DNA of 32,535 bases from the NCBI GenBank assembly GCA_003614145.1, contig KZ987746.1, positions 1 through 32,535 of the forward strand, written 5' to 3'. Both the position numbers and the translations under genes were made by a program. How positions within the stretch are numbered: the first letter of the stretch is position 1; each line of letters begins with the position of its first letter. The notes below the pieces were generated by a model, which saw only the letters and a program-made list of their open reading frames with translations, ran no database searches and had not been told where the DNA came from. This DNA comes from Piptocephalis cylindrospora. Lineage: Eukaryota. Positions 12,103 through 23,926 of the stretch are shown one piece after another.

Positions 12103-13381
12103 ATGGCCTTTTCTTTCCTCAGGTGGCCCTTCACCAACTTATCGCCTACACACAAAAAGTACTTGGCTGATGGCAAGTGCTTTCCAGTGTTTGAGCACAC
12201 AACCCTCCCCAAGTCTCACTCAGCTCCCCCTCTCCCTCTCTAGCCTTCCTCTTGGTCGTCTCCCAGGTCCTCTTTTACAAGGGGCTCAAGTACCTCATGG
12301 CCAAGATGAACCCAGATATTGCAAAGAGACAGGAAAATCAAAAAAGGAGCAAGGAGATCCTTGGACGTATTGGTGTCAAAGATCTCAAGCTGGATCAGTA
12401 TGAGGATGTTATTGCTGCTGAAGTCGTTCATCCTGATGAAATTGATGTTGATTTTAATGGTATGTCCTGTACTCTTCGCATCTCTCTTTCCCTTCATAAC
12501 ATCTCATCCCCTCCCAAATAGATGTCGGCGGTCTGGATTCAATCATCCAGGATCTCCAAGAATCCATCATCCTGCCTTTGACCCATCCTGAACTTTTTAC
12601 CAGCGCCACTGGTCTTCTTGGGACCCCAAAGGGAATCCTCCTGTACGGGGCTCCTGGATGTGGAAAAACTATGATTAGTAAGGCCTTGGCCAAGGAATCT
12701 GGTGCCACCTTCATCAACCTCCGTCTCTCCACCCTGACCAATAAATGGTTTGGCGAGTCCAACAAACTCATCATGGCCCTTTTCGGTCTGGCCCGAAAGC
12801 TCCAGCCCTCCATCATCTTCATCGACGAGATAGACTCCTTCCTTCGCGAACGTCGAAGTACCGATCATGAGGCCATGGGCATGATGAAGGCCGAGTTCAT
12901 GACCCTATGGGATGGTCTGGTCAGCGGTAAGGACTCTCGCATCATCATCCTCGGAGCCACCAACAGACCCTCCGACATTGACCAGGCCATCCTTCGTCGT
13001 ATGCCCAAGCGCTTCCAGATCTCCCCTCCCTCCCCGGAGCAGCGGGAGAGTATCCTTCGCATCATCCTTCGAGACGCTTCCCTCCATCCTGATCTCACCA
13101 TCTCTCGTCTTGTTTCCATTACCGAGGGCTTCTCCGGTTCCGACCTCAAGGAAATGTGTCGTCATGCCGTTATGATCCCCCGTAGGGAGTACATTCGTCA
13201 GCAATTCCCCAATGGTCTTCCCAAGGGCTCCCATCCCTCCTCCTCCCCCGCTCCCTCTCAGCTGGACATGTCCAGTGTCCGTAATGTCTCTCTTGCAGAC
13301 TTTCTCTCCTATCGTGCCAACGAATCTGCCTCCTCCCGTCTCTCCACTCAGTATGTCCCGACCCAGGAGGAGCAGGATTAA
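12103..13381 (+). CDS. MSP1: Msp1/ATAD1 membrane-anchored AAA+ ATPase, about 381 aa, 3 exons
   Basis: Exons 12103-12172, 12244-12459, 12522-13381. N-terminal hydrophobic segment AFLLVVSQVLFYKGL, YEDVIAAEVVHPDEIDVDF, Walker A GAPGCGKT, pore loop KWFGES, Walker B IIFIDEID, MMKAEFMTLWDGL, GATNRP, AILRRMPKRF. Exon 1 requires a GC-AG intron. Confidence 0.93.
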
Positions 13382-13451
13382 TTGTCCACTTTTCTCACTG
13401 CGGGCTTAAGGGTATTGCGATGAATAGAAGCGTGTGTTGATTTCTTTTTTT

Positions 13452-13510
13452 CTCTTATCATTCTCATTCTCATTCTCATCCTCATCATCATTCTCTACCT
13501 CTACCTCTAT
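13452..13510. repeat. Short degenerate (TTCTCA)n/(CTCTAC)n tract between convergent MSP1 and kinesin genes
   Basis: ttctcattctcattctcatcctcatcatcattctctacctctacctctat. Confidence 0.6.
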
Positions 13511-13632
13511 TCTATATCCCCATCCACACAGGGATCAGCGACTCTGCTTTATTCTCTACTCCTTCCCCCCTCTCTCTCTACTGCCATATCATCCTATTCG
13601 TCCATTCGGCATCATACATACGTTCCTTCATC

Positions 13633-16600
13633 TTACCGCCACCTCGGTCTCTCCTCCTCACCCAGTCCGGTTAGGGAGGATCGTCGTCGGCGTGGTCGGG
13701 TCACTCGACCTGGTCCGACCGGGCCGAGACTACCTGGTGTGTCTGCAGGTAGGTCCCGAAGCATCGATACCCTTCTAGCCCCACCAAACCCTCCCCTAGT
13801 CCCCATCCCCTCATCACTTGACCTCCTCATCTCCCCGGGCCTCGGTAGGGAGGGGTGACCCTCTTGATACTCAAGCGCTCTCGTCATCAAACCCCCCCCG
13901 AACCCTGCCCCACCCAGTGTGACCCTCCTACGGCTTCCTCCCTGAGCCATCCGAGAACTCGGCCCTCCAGTAGGGAGGAAGAGGTTCCGGGACCGTCGTC
14001 TCACCGAACCTTCTCGAAATGGTCCAGTCCCCTGAATCCCCCGCATTCCTAGTCTCCCCTGGCCCCCCCCTTCCCCAAGCGTATCAGGGAAGGAGGGGGC
14101 TTGACCTAAAAAACGACTCGATTCCTGTTCCTGTTCACCCTCCTGCTCATCCTCTTGCATCCTCTCATCCCCCTCTCCATCTACCTCCATTGCATCCGCT
14201 TCTCCCTCCAGTTTCTCCAGTGCCTCCTTCATCCCGCCTCCGTTCCCTTGAGCTATCCCCCCTCCCCCTCCGGGATCCAGATCGTCCATCCGGACTTCCC
14301 CACGAGAGGAGGATCGAAGACTCGATCGAGACGACGGTCGGGGAATCGGGGAGGGGATACGGGTGGGGGTATCGAACTTACGAGTAAACGCCACCGTCCC
14401 TGGTTCAATCCCGCCACCCATTGACCCCGACCTTCCTTTCCCACCCAATATTAATGAAGACGAGGGGGAGGAGGAGGAGGTGGGAGGGGAGGCGGACGGA
14501 CTGGGCGTCGCCGTCGGTGATCTCTTGGGGATCCCGGACCCTCGTCCATTCGCCTTTAATCGGTCCATCGTCCGGGGGCTCACTAGAGTCACCGATTTTT
14601 TCATCCCTCCTTTCTCCTTCCCCGGATCTCGTAAGCTCGATTTGAGCAGCGGTCCCTGCGGAAGGGATAATCCTTGCGTCATGGGTGCACCCTGGGATAT
14701 GGAGACACCCTGGGGCATGGGAATCCTCGTGCTTCCCTCTGATACCGTCGCTGACCTTCCACTGGCTCCAGTGGGTGTGGAGGAGAGGGCTGCTGCTGCT
14801 GCTGCCGTAGCTTGTACTTCTCTTCGCACTAGAGCGGCCACCGTCGCGGACGTAAGGGTTGAGTGCCTTCGGCGGCCCTTGGCTGGGGAAGAGACAATTC
14901 TCACTAGCGTGGGTGGACTAGGCCCTGTTCCTTGGGATGCTTCCCCCATCCCCCCAATCCCCAGTCCATCCACATCATCCTGATTCCTTGAGCCTCGACG
15001 CGGCGAAGAGGGCACTCCCCCGTTCCCGTTTCCTTGAGCAAATCGACCAAGTAGACGAGTCGCCACCCCAGGCCTGGCCATCCCCGACCCGAGACTCTGT
15101 TCTTCTCCGAGGCCCGACGTGACCAAGGACTGAATTCGTTGTGTAAGCCCGGTGTAACAATGGATCCCTTGCATGTATAAGCTCTCCAAAGTTTTCGTCA
15201 CTCCCTCCTCATCCCCACCTCCCGCGGGCATTGTCTTGATGTGGTCCATTGTCCCGCGTAGCAAAGAAAGGTTTCCCATGCATAGTTGTTGTAGGCCCTC
15301 TGATCCCTCCATCTCCTTGGCCAGAAGTTTCCCGTAAAGCATCGCGCTGGTCTGTGCAAAGACGCACTTGGCCTCACCATCTAGCGCCTTTCGTACCATC
15401 TCCACATATTGCTTCTGATCTTCTACTCCTACTCCCTTGGCACTGCCACCGCCTCCTTGGGAGGAAGGAGGAGCCAGAGATCCAGGGCTCGGGGGGTCCT
15501 TGGCATACAGGGAAGATGCAATGTTTCCTGCCAGACTGAGAATGGAGGCCCGGTGCTCCTCCAGGGTCTCCTCAGCTGCTTGACACCTTCCTTGACAGGA
15601 GGCCAGAGACCTTCCCACATCCCCGAGTAACCCACGCATGCGCGTCAAGTACGTGTCTGGTGGGCGGATCGTGGCCTGATCCATCATCCGACCTAGGGCC
15701 TCGACACAGCCCCGAAGCTGTCGTTCACTATTTTCCAGCACGGCGTGTAGAGTAAAGGCTGTGGCCCTCTCCCGTTCCATGGGCAGGATTTCCCTTTCGT
15801 ACACATCCCGTAGCTTTCGAATATCCGGGGCAAGGAGGGATGGTATAAGCCCTGAGGACCCAGAGGAGGAGGAAGAGGAGGAGGAAGAGGTAGGTGACCC
15901 TAAGCCTTGGCCCGACATCCCCATTCCACTATCCATGGGGGTGGCTCTGGGGGTGGGGAGACCGGATTTTCCGCCTGACGGGGACCCAGGAAAGGGGTTG
16001 ATCGAGACGGGCGGAGTGGGTGACGAGGCTGTTTTGAGTCGCTTCTTCAGATCCGTGATCTCTCGACGTAACTCTCCAATGATTTTGACATATTGACTAA
16101 CATGCATGTTGACGGAGACAGTGTTTCGGCCTACACGGGTCTTGATATTCTTGGCCCGGTTGGCGTACTTGAGAGTGTTGAGCGTCTCCTCGTAATGGAT
16201 GGGCGCTGGGGACACGCACACGATCATGACGGTTTTACAATTTCCCCCGAGGGAGTGCTTAAGAAGCCGAGTCAATTTCGAGTCTCTGTACGGGATATGA
16301 CCTTGTCGGGTCTGGTCACATAGCGCATTGATACAATTACCCAGGGCAAGAAGGGACCGGTTAATGTTGGCCCCCTCTCTACGACGCTCCCCTCGATTCT
16401 GCGTTGCAGCAGCCCTCTCGCTCCCAGCAAGGTCGATAATGCTCATGGTGGCCACACTCCAGTCCTGGTGGATAGAGGCAGTCCGGGCCCGACGGCGCAC
16501 ATTTACCTGGAGCACCGCGTGGGACCGGGAGGAGACCGCATTGGCCTCGGTGGGGCTCATGGTCCTATTCCGATTCCCCACCACTAGCATCCTCATCACC

Positions 16601-17586
16601 TCTTCAGCCTATGGTGAGGAGGGAAAGGGATGGATAAGTAGGAGTTAACAATTTCTTTGTTGATCACTTGCCCCTCCCCCCCTTCTCCTCTCTTCCTGGA
16701 GTATGAATGGACATACGTACATTCTGAGGAAAATGCTGGGATAGGCCAGCAACAGTGACTCCCCGCTTCACGTCCTCTCTTAATGCCAGTCCCGGACCAG
16801 GAGCCCGTGTCCCTTCTCCTACTAGTAGATCACGGATAGCTTCGTTGTAGACTTCAAGAAAGGAGAGGGACACTTCGACAATGTCATCGGATCTGGACGC
16901 ATCGATTCGGGCATAGAGTTCACGCATAGTTAGAAAAATGACCCCAGGATCCTCGGGAGTCCCACTGATCGTATGGGTCTTTCCACACCCAGTCGCCTGT
17001 AAGGAGGAAGAGGATGAGATGCGGGAAGTCCCATTTCCCCACCACCATCGTCACTTACCCCATAGGCAAAGACGGTGGCGTTGAAACCATTGAGTACACC
17101 GCTGATCAAACCCTTGGTTGTTCCCTCAAAGACCTGTTCTTGGGTGGAATCTTCATCGAGAACCCGGTCAAATCCATACCGGATATCCTTGTGCTTTTTT
17201 ATTCTCCCGGCTGAACTGTATTTAGCGGCCCCCTGAACCCCACCAGAAATGGAGGCAGGCTCGGGAGGGTCAAAGACGAGGACCCGATCGCCCAGGACCT
17301 CCACGGTTTTTCGAAGTCCCGAGCCAGAGGGGGGCCCGGAGGAAAGAGAAGCACCTCCGGAGGAGAAGGAGACAGATGCACCAGCAGTATTGGATGTAGG
17401 TGGGGCCATCATAGCCTGTTCCTTTCCAGTTAGCGGTCGGACTCTTACTGCCACCAGGACGGAGGAAGATTGCTCTAAGTCCTCCCATTCCTCTGAGCCT
17501 GACGACGCATCCCCTGACCCGTACCGTCCAAGCCGACTCCCAGACCGGGATGAGGACCTGGACGAGGCCCTAGAAGGGATGCGCAT
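13633..17586 (-). CDS. KIP3: Kinesin-8 (Kip3/Klp5-6/KIF18-like), about 1259 aa, 3 exons, long low-complexity tail
   Basis: Exons 17586-17059, 16996-16721, 16608-13633 (GT-AG introns of 62 and 112 nt). Motifs VAVRVRP, P-loop [13 protein letters not shown] (kinesin-8 typical), [72 protein letters not shown]. Confidence 0.92.
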
Positions 17587-18228
17587 AATGGCGGGGTGGA
17601 GGATGGATCAGCCGGAGCTCAGTGGAAGCGTGCGTATATGGGGCCAAGAGGGTCTAAAAGGCTTGAGAAGGGAGATGCACACAGATATGCCCTGTAGAGA
17701 TGCAGGATGGACTATGGGATCACAAGCAGGTTGAATGAGATAATAAAGAGAGGAGAGGAGAGGAGAGTAGGGCTAAATAAGAGGAATGGGATGGACGGGG
17801 AGGGGGGGTGGGGGGAGGAAGAGAGATATAATGCTAGGAGGGGAGGGTCCAGGGTACAGTGTTTACCCTTGATGGTAGCTTCATCCTAGTAGGAAGCATC
17901 ACCGTACTCCCATATGCACGTTTCAAACAATGTGTGGGCGCGGTGCGCTCGCGCGGAATGAGACAATGCTGGGGAAATGCTGTGATCTCAGTGCGGAGTT
18001 TGCGAGATTTGGGTCTGAATATGTTGCTGTTGCTATAGAGTGCCTGCAGGGGTGCATCAAACACACCTAGGCCCTGTACTAGTGATGATGATTACTGGTG
18101 ATGATGATTAAAACTAGGATAAACAGCAACGCAAATATGAGAGAAAAATAGAATGAAGCGGTGATGAGAACTCCAAATAGCAAGAAAGACCCAACTCCCT
18201 ATCCAAGAAATTGTTGCCCTTTCCCTGT

Positions 18229-20028
18229 CTAGGCAGCGGCTTGCTCCCGACGAGTAACAACGATCTTGATGTGTTTGGGATGGATGAGGTAAGGGACACC
18301 GAGGACGGGCTTACCCGTAGAGTTCTCGATGCTCACCCAAGTAAAGGCGCGGACCAGCATCATGAGGATGATGCGAATCTCCGCCAGAGCCAGACGTTGA
18401 CCGATGCACGATCTGGGTCCAAGACCAAAAGTGGTCAGCGGGACCTGTTTACCATTGGGGCCAGGGGATAGCTGACGCTCAGGTCGGAAAACCTCAGCAT
18501 CCTCACCAAAGGTCTTAGGATCCCTGTTGACTGCCCACATGTTTCCGATGACACAGGTGCCCTTGGGGAGGAATTGTCCACAGGGCATGACCACGTCTTC
18601 GGTAGTGAGGCGTTCGGGGAGTCGACCGGTGGCCGGGTACAATCGGAGGAATTCCTTGATCACGGCATCCAGAAACGGAATGTCATGAGAGGCCCGGGGA
18701 ATATCATCATCGTTGGCCAGGGCCTCCAAAACACAGGACCTCACTTTATCCTGAACATCCAGCTTCTGACCGAGGAGGTAGATCAGACGGGAGATGGTGG
18801 TAGTGCCTGTATCATGTCCGGCCATGAAGAAAATGTTCATGTTATCACGCATTTCCCTGTCCGTCATCACTCGTACCCCCTTTTCACCCGATTCATTCGT
18901 GATTTTCTGCCCTTCCAGGAAGGATCCTAGAAGATCACGGGGAATTGGCTCGCCCCGGGCCTGCTTGGCCCGACGATCATTGATGATGGCGGAGAATCTT
19001 TGGTCAAACTCTTCAATATCCTGGAAGGTCTTGCGCCTCCAGGGGTTCCAGGGTCGGTCGGCGAAGGTGAAGAAAAAATATCTCATCTTGAGCACTTCTG
19101 ACATGATAGATGAATGCAACCGGCCAAAGGGAGAGTGTTCCTGGGTCAGACCACCAAAGTCATGGGTAAAGATGATTTGACCAAGAGTATCCAGTGTATA
19201 GCTAGTGGGGGAGTGGAATCAGCTTTGGACGTTTTATCCAGCCACGTTTCCCTCTCAGCAGCAAGATAACCTACCGAGGAATCCAATGCATAAGGTCAAT
19301 GACCTCACCCTCCTTCCTTGACCAGATATTCAGGAGAGTTTCGCTGGTGCCCACAATCTTTGTCAGGTCCCATTGAACCTTGAAGGCGGGGGTAGCGGTC
19401 TTGCGGAAAAAGTGCCATTCCGCCCCATTGGAGAAAAGGACATTATACCCAAGCCACTGATGGGCCAGAGTCCCTCGAAGAACATCGTTGAGAAGCACCT
19501 TTGAAAAGATAGCTGTAGAAGGGGGGGAGAGGGAGGGCGAAAGGTTGGATTATGAAGGGTCAATGGGATATGAACGAGAGACTGGTCAAAAGAACGGGGT
19601 AACAAAGGACATACTGTGCTGATCACTCATGAATTTGAACCCGGTCATATCATTGACATGAACGCACCAGCCAAGAGGAGGTTGCCATTCCTATGGAAAT
19701 GATCGTTTTCAATGAGTGTTAGTACTTAAGAGATCATTAGCACGGTAATTGGTGAGCCCCAATAAACCGTTTATGAGTACAGGAGTCGCCTTACCCGGGT
19801 CAGTTTGTGCTTGCTGTGGATGGCCCTTCCGGTAATCTCATACCGATCATCAAAGCCAACCCCGGTGAATTGACAGTAGAGATTGTGAAGAGTTGGAATA
19901 CATGGAAGATGCTGGAGGGCCGAGGGACACCTGGCCCATTTCCACCATGCCCAGCCTAGTCCGCATCCAATGATGGAGGCTAGGATGGTAAATTCAGAAG
20001 GGATGGAATCCATGATGAGCGATTCCAT
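18229..20028 (-). CDS. Cytochrome P450, ER-anchored, about 506 aa, 4 exons
   Basis: Exons 20028-19795, 19690-19615, 19512-19275, 19201-18229. N-terminal TM helix, I-helix FMAGHDT, K-helix ExxR (KEFLRLYP), FRPER and heme motif FGLGPRSCIG. CYP family not assignable by eye. Confidence 0.93.
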
Positions 20029-21754
20029 TGGAGATGAGGGTGTATTTGAAGGCTACAATGCAACAAGCGAGAGGAAGGCGTGTACAGGAGGCGACGACTC
20101 GGGAAAACCGAGAGGAAAGGAGGATGGGGTAAGGGAAAATGAAGAAAAGATAAGACTAAACAATGGGGAGAGCTGCTCGCAAAGTCGGAGGAACGGGGGT
20201 AAGGGGGCAGGGGGCGGGGGGGAGGGGGAGGGGGGACAAGTACAATTCCAGACTGGTGTGGTGGTCTACCCCGGTCCTTTTAATGGTGAGTGCCCAAGGA
20301 GCCCTATCGTGATGCAGCATTCAAGGCTCCTTTTTCTTTCTTCCTCCCACGAACTGAGCTGTGCTTAACGAGGAATAATTGGTGCCATTCTCTAGGCACG
20401 TGGGGATAGAGCAAAGAGAGTTGCGTGATGGGTGGCGAGTCTGAGTATTTCACGCTTCCAGCATAGCCCATTGCAAGAATCAAGGTACTCTTGACAATGG
20501 CATCCGCGCAAACCATTCAAATGTGAGCGGAGCTAACACGGGAGATTCACCTGACCCTGAGCAGCTGAGCCTCACGGTAGAAAACTGGAAAAAAAATATT
20601 CGCGGACTATTACCAGAGGAGCCGGTCTGCTTAGGGCCAAGGTGTGTGGGAGGAGAGTTGGATGAATCGGATTGATATACTCCTACTAATAGAGGAATGG
20701 AGGGGTGTGTGAGAGGAAGGATGTGGAGGCCAGTTCTACGACGAATACCAAAGAAAAGGATCGCCCAGCCCTAGAACAGACGCCAGAGGGCCAAGAATAA
20801 CAAGGGAGTATCCAAAAGAATAGCCGGGCCCCAGGGGCAACCAATAAAGGAAAGAAACGGAAGGAGACAAGGGAAGGAATACAACACCGTGCCCCTAGTG
20901 GGGCATTCGCTGACTCGACTCTGTATATGCCCTTCTTAGAATCAACTCGGACGCCCTCTGACCTGAGACGGACAGACTTTTGGTCGGTCAAAGCCCCCCC
21001 ACAAGAAACCAATGTCTTCATACACATCTAGATCAAACGAATACGTGTTGTTAAGATGTTGGCTGAATGAGCAAAAGTCATCTTTTTTATATACTGGTAT
21101 CATCCTATTTTGGCCTTGGAACGGCATGTAGACTAAAATGATAGTATGACCCAATAGCTCTTTGATTGAGATAAGTGTATGCAGGTAGGACAGATGGAGT
21201 AGATAGTCCGCTTAAAAGTCTAAAAGATGCGACTAGAATATTGTCATTCGACCCTTCTGGATGATCTGCTGCTCCCTGACGGAACTATAAATTGGAATTC
21301 CCTTTGCAGGAAGGATCCAAAGGCTTTTCATCCATGCAGAGTATCCTTCATGGCGGACACGAAACAGAGCATAGTCAGGGAACATACGAAAAAAGCGGAG
21401 TTTCAACAGGGTAGACGGAGTTTCAGAGGAAAAGGTGCAGTCGGTCAATTTCCCCGTAGCCAATGGCAGGGTCCATCCATGTCTTTTTAAATACGCCCCA
21501 TGAAAGGAACCGCAGATATTGACTGTCGGTTAAATACACCACCATGTCGCTTCCTCGCTTCACTCCCCCATCACTTTCACTTTCACTTCCTCCCTCTTTC
21601 TCTCTCTCCCTTTCTTCCTTCCCATCACTTGAGCTTTTCTGCTTTACCTCTCTTCTTTACTCTGAGATTACGTCTTCTTTTCCTCCTCTTCTACTTTCCC
21701 TGAACGACACTCCTCAAAACCCTTCATCCTGAACTCCCCCTCACCAATCGAATC

Positions 21755-22870
21755 ATGCGCCTCCCCTCCCTTCTTCTCAGTCTACTTGTCTTGGCCTGCT
21801 ATACTCTAGCCCCTGACCCTAGAGTTACTCTAGAAGAAACTTACAAGAATCAAATGGACGATCTAGTCCGCGAGATGACTGGAGCAGACGGCAAGGGTCT
21901 TCACACATGGTTCGACCTTGTGGATGAGAAGGAATTGAATGACCTCGGAAGGTCCATTGAGCGTTTTACCAAGCATTACGGAAAGTTCAAGAAGCTTCCT
22001 CTTTCAGCACCCAAACCTGAAGATCACCGGCTAGAGCCTTCGTATTGGCGGAAAAAGGCAATGAAAATTGCCGAACGCCTCCTGATTTCATCGGAAAGAG
22101 TATCCAAGCTTAATATCGTTATTGAGCTATGCGCCCTCGAAGATCACAAAGGGGGATCTTATGTAGACAAGGTTCGATGCGCAAATGTGATTAGTAAAGC
22201 TATGCCCTCTCTCTCCCACGCCGTCAAACGCCTTCCCATCCTCTACAAATACCTGGATAAAATCCGCGCCTATAGTAGCGAGGGCAAACATGCCACACTC
22301 TCCGCACGTGACCCACATCCTTTCCCAAGAATCCTTCGTGTGGAGCTCTCCAATGCAGGAAAATACCGTGATGCAATTATTCATGGCGAAAAGGACCTGA
22401 GCGATGCGCTAAATTCTCGTAATGCGCCTACTATCACCGAATTACCCTTCAAATCCTATGACGTTCAGCAAACGCTTATGGTTCTTCTCCCTCACTATTA
22501 CCACCACCTTCGCCTCTACCGGGTCGCTGCTGACCTGGCACTTAAATGCCGGAGTAAAAACCGTCAGCCGTTAGACTCTAGCACCGTCAAATTTTACGAA
22601 AAAGAGATAGAATCATATCGCATCCTTGATGTCCTTCCCATCTTTGGTTTCAAGATAGGCTATCTTAAAAGTATAAAGCAGGACTCAGTGAGCGACTTAA
22701 GGCGACTTCTGTTGGATTCTCAGGAGGGCTCCCCTTGTGCATCTGCGTCAGTTAAGAGGATATATTCGTACCTCACTGAGTTCCTTTTTTTCCTTAATAA
22801 GACGCCTGAAGGAATTGAGCATGAGTTGAAAAGACTGTCCAAGAGGATGAAAGAATGGATTGAGGCCTAA
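21755..22870 (+). CDS. Predicted secreted protein of unknown function, 371 aa, intronless
   Basis: Long uninterrupted ORF with signal-peptide-like start MRLPSLLLSLLVLACYTLA, preceded by the CT-rich tract (about 21550-21750) typical of genes in this window. No recognisable domain. Confidence 0.85.
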   Translation: MRLPSLLLSLLVLACYTLAPDPRVTLEETYKNQMDDLVREMTGADGKGLHTWFDLVDEKELNDLGRSIERFTKHYGKFKKLPLSAPKPEDHRLEPSYWRKKAMKIAERLLISSERVSKLNIVIELCALEDHKGGSYVDKVRCANVISKAMPSLSHAVKRLPILYKYLDKIRAYSSEGKHATLSARDPHPFPRILRVELSNAGKYRDAIIHGEKDLSDALNSRNAPTITELPFKSYDVQQTLMVLLPHYYHHLRLYRVAADLALKCRSKNRQPLDSSTVKFYEKEIESYRILDVLPIFGFKIGYLKSIKQDSVSDLRRLLLDSQEGSPCASASVKRIYSYLTEFLFFLNKTPEGIEHELKRLSKRMKEWIEA

Positions 22871-23926
22871 TGACCTTTGTGAACGGGCTAGGAGGAGGGG
22901 TTATTTTCTTCAGGCCTTTTACCATTGGAATGTGGCTCTCCTTCCCCCGTTGGCGCTTCTAGTAATGCACCTTGCTCCATATACTGTCCAGGTTAAAGAG
23001 CAAAAAAATCAATCTCTTGTGACGTGCAAAACGGCAAAGAGTTTTCGATCTGCTGGTCCTTAAATAGATACGACCTTGATCCCCAATCGGTTCGTTTGGT
23101 TGACTTGTTGGTATCATGGCAGGAAATGTGGGCGCTGTGTTCTATTTCATGTCTACTTGTAAAGGGCATTGGAAAGACCAAGCGAACAAAAGAGGCGCCA
23201 TGTTCAGCAATGGAAGGCTTAATCAATGAAGGCCGTTGTAGTGGGCACTGAAGGGAATTGGTTTACGCCTTGGTACTAGCCTAGAAGGGCTAGAACCGTG
23301 ATCTTCCCGAGGCGAGCAAAAAATACTTAAATTTCTCTTATGCTTCAACATGAATGGTTAAATTCATTATTAAAACAATAGAGACCTTGGGTAAAGGGGT
23401 TCAAAATATGAATAAAATCAGCAGATATTAGATAAACCTCACTACTTCCGAATCTAGACCAAGTTGAGTTTAACATAGAAAGCGCATATGATCATCCAAT
23501 CAAACGCAATGCGGACTGTATCAAGACATCGGCCATCTCTTTATTAGAAGTCGTTATCTCCTGGCGAAGGATGCATCAACTTTGATTTATCTGTCTATAA
23601 GGATTACATTTAGCTATTAATCCTTAAATTTGGACCATCAACCTTGTGTACCTTGACCATGTATCCTAATGCCCCATCCGCCATCCACAAAGAGTATTTT
23701 TTGTTTATTCATGCACCGCACTTGCCCTCCTCCTGTCGACACCACTAGGTCGTGTCGCTCGGTGATCACTGGTACTACAGCTAGTCAGGCAGATATGACT
23801 AGGCGCAGTGTGGATACCTAGCGAGGCAAGGCGCGCAAAAGTACGACCGTGTCTATCGTCCCTCTCTGCGGGTAAGGAAGAGGGTCGTTCTCCTTGTCAT
23901 CACCTCATCTCTCCAACATCTTCCTC

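Noticed and set aside
20686..21490. 70-113 aa ORFs in the P450/orphan spacer as possible gene or transposon relics
   Set aside because: No transposase, RT or other domain signature, no terminal repeats and no convincing splice pattern.
22905..22930. GCCTTTTACC matching U5 snRNA loop I
   Set aside because: No proper enclosing stem or Sm site; lies in the orphan gene's 3' flank.
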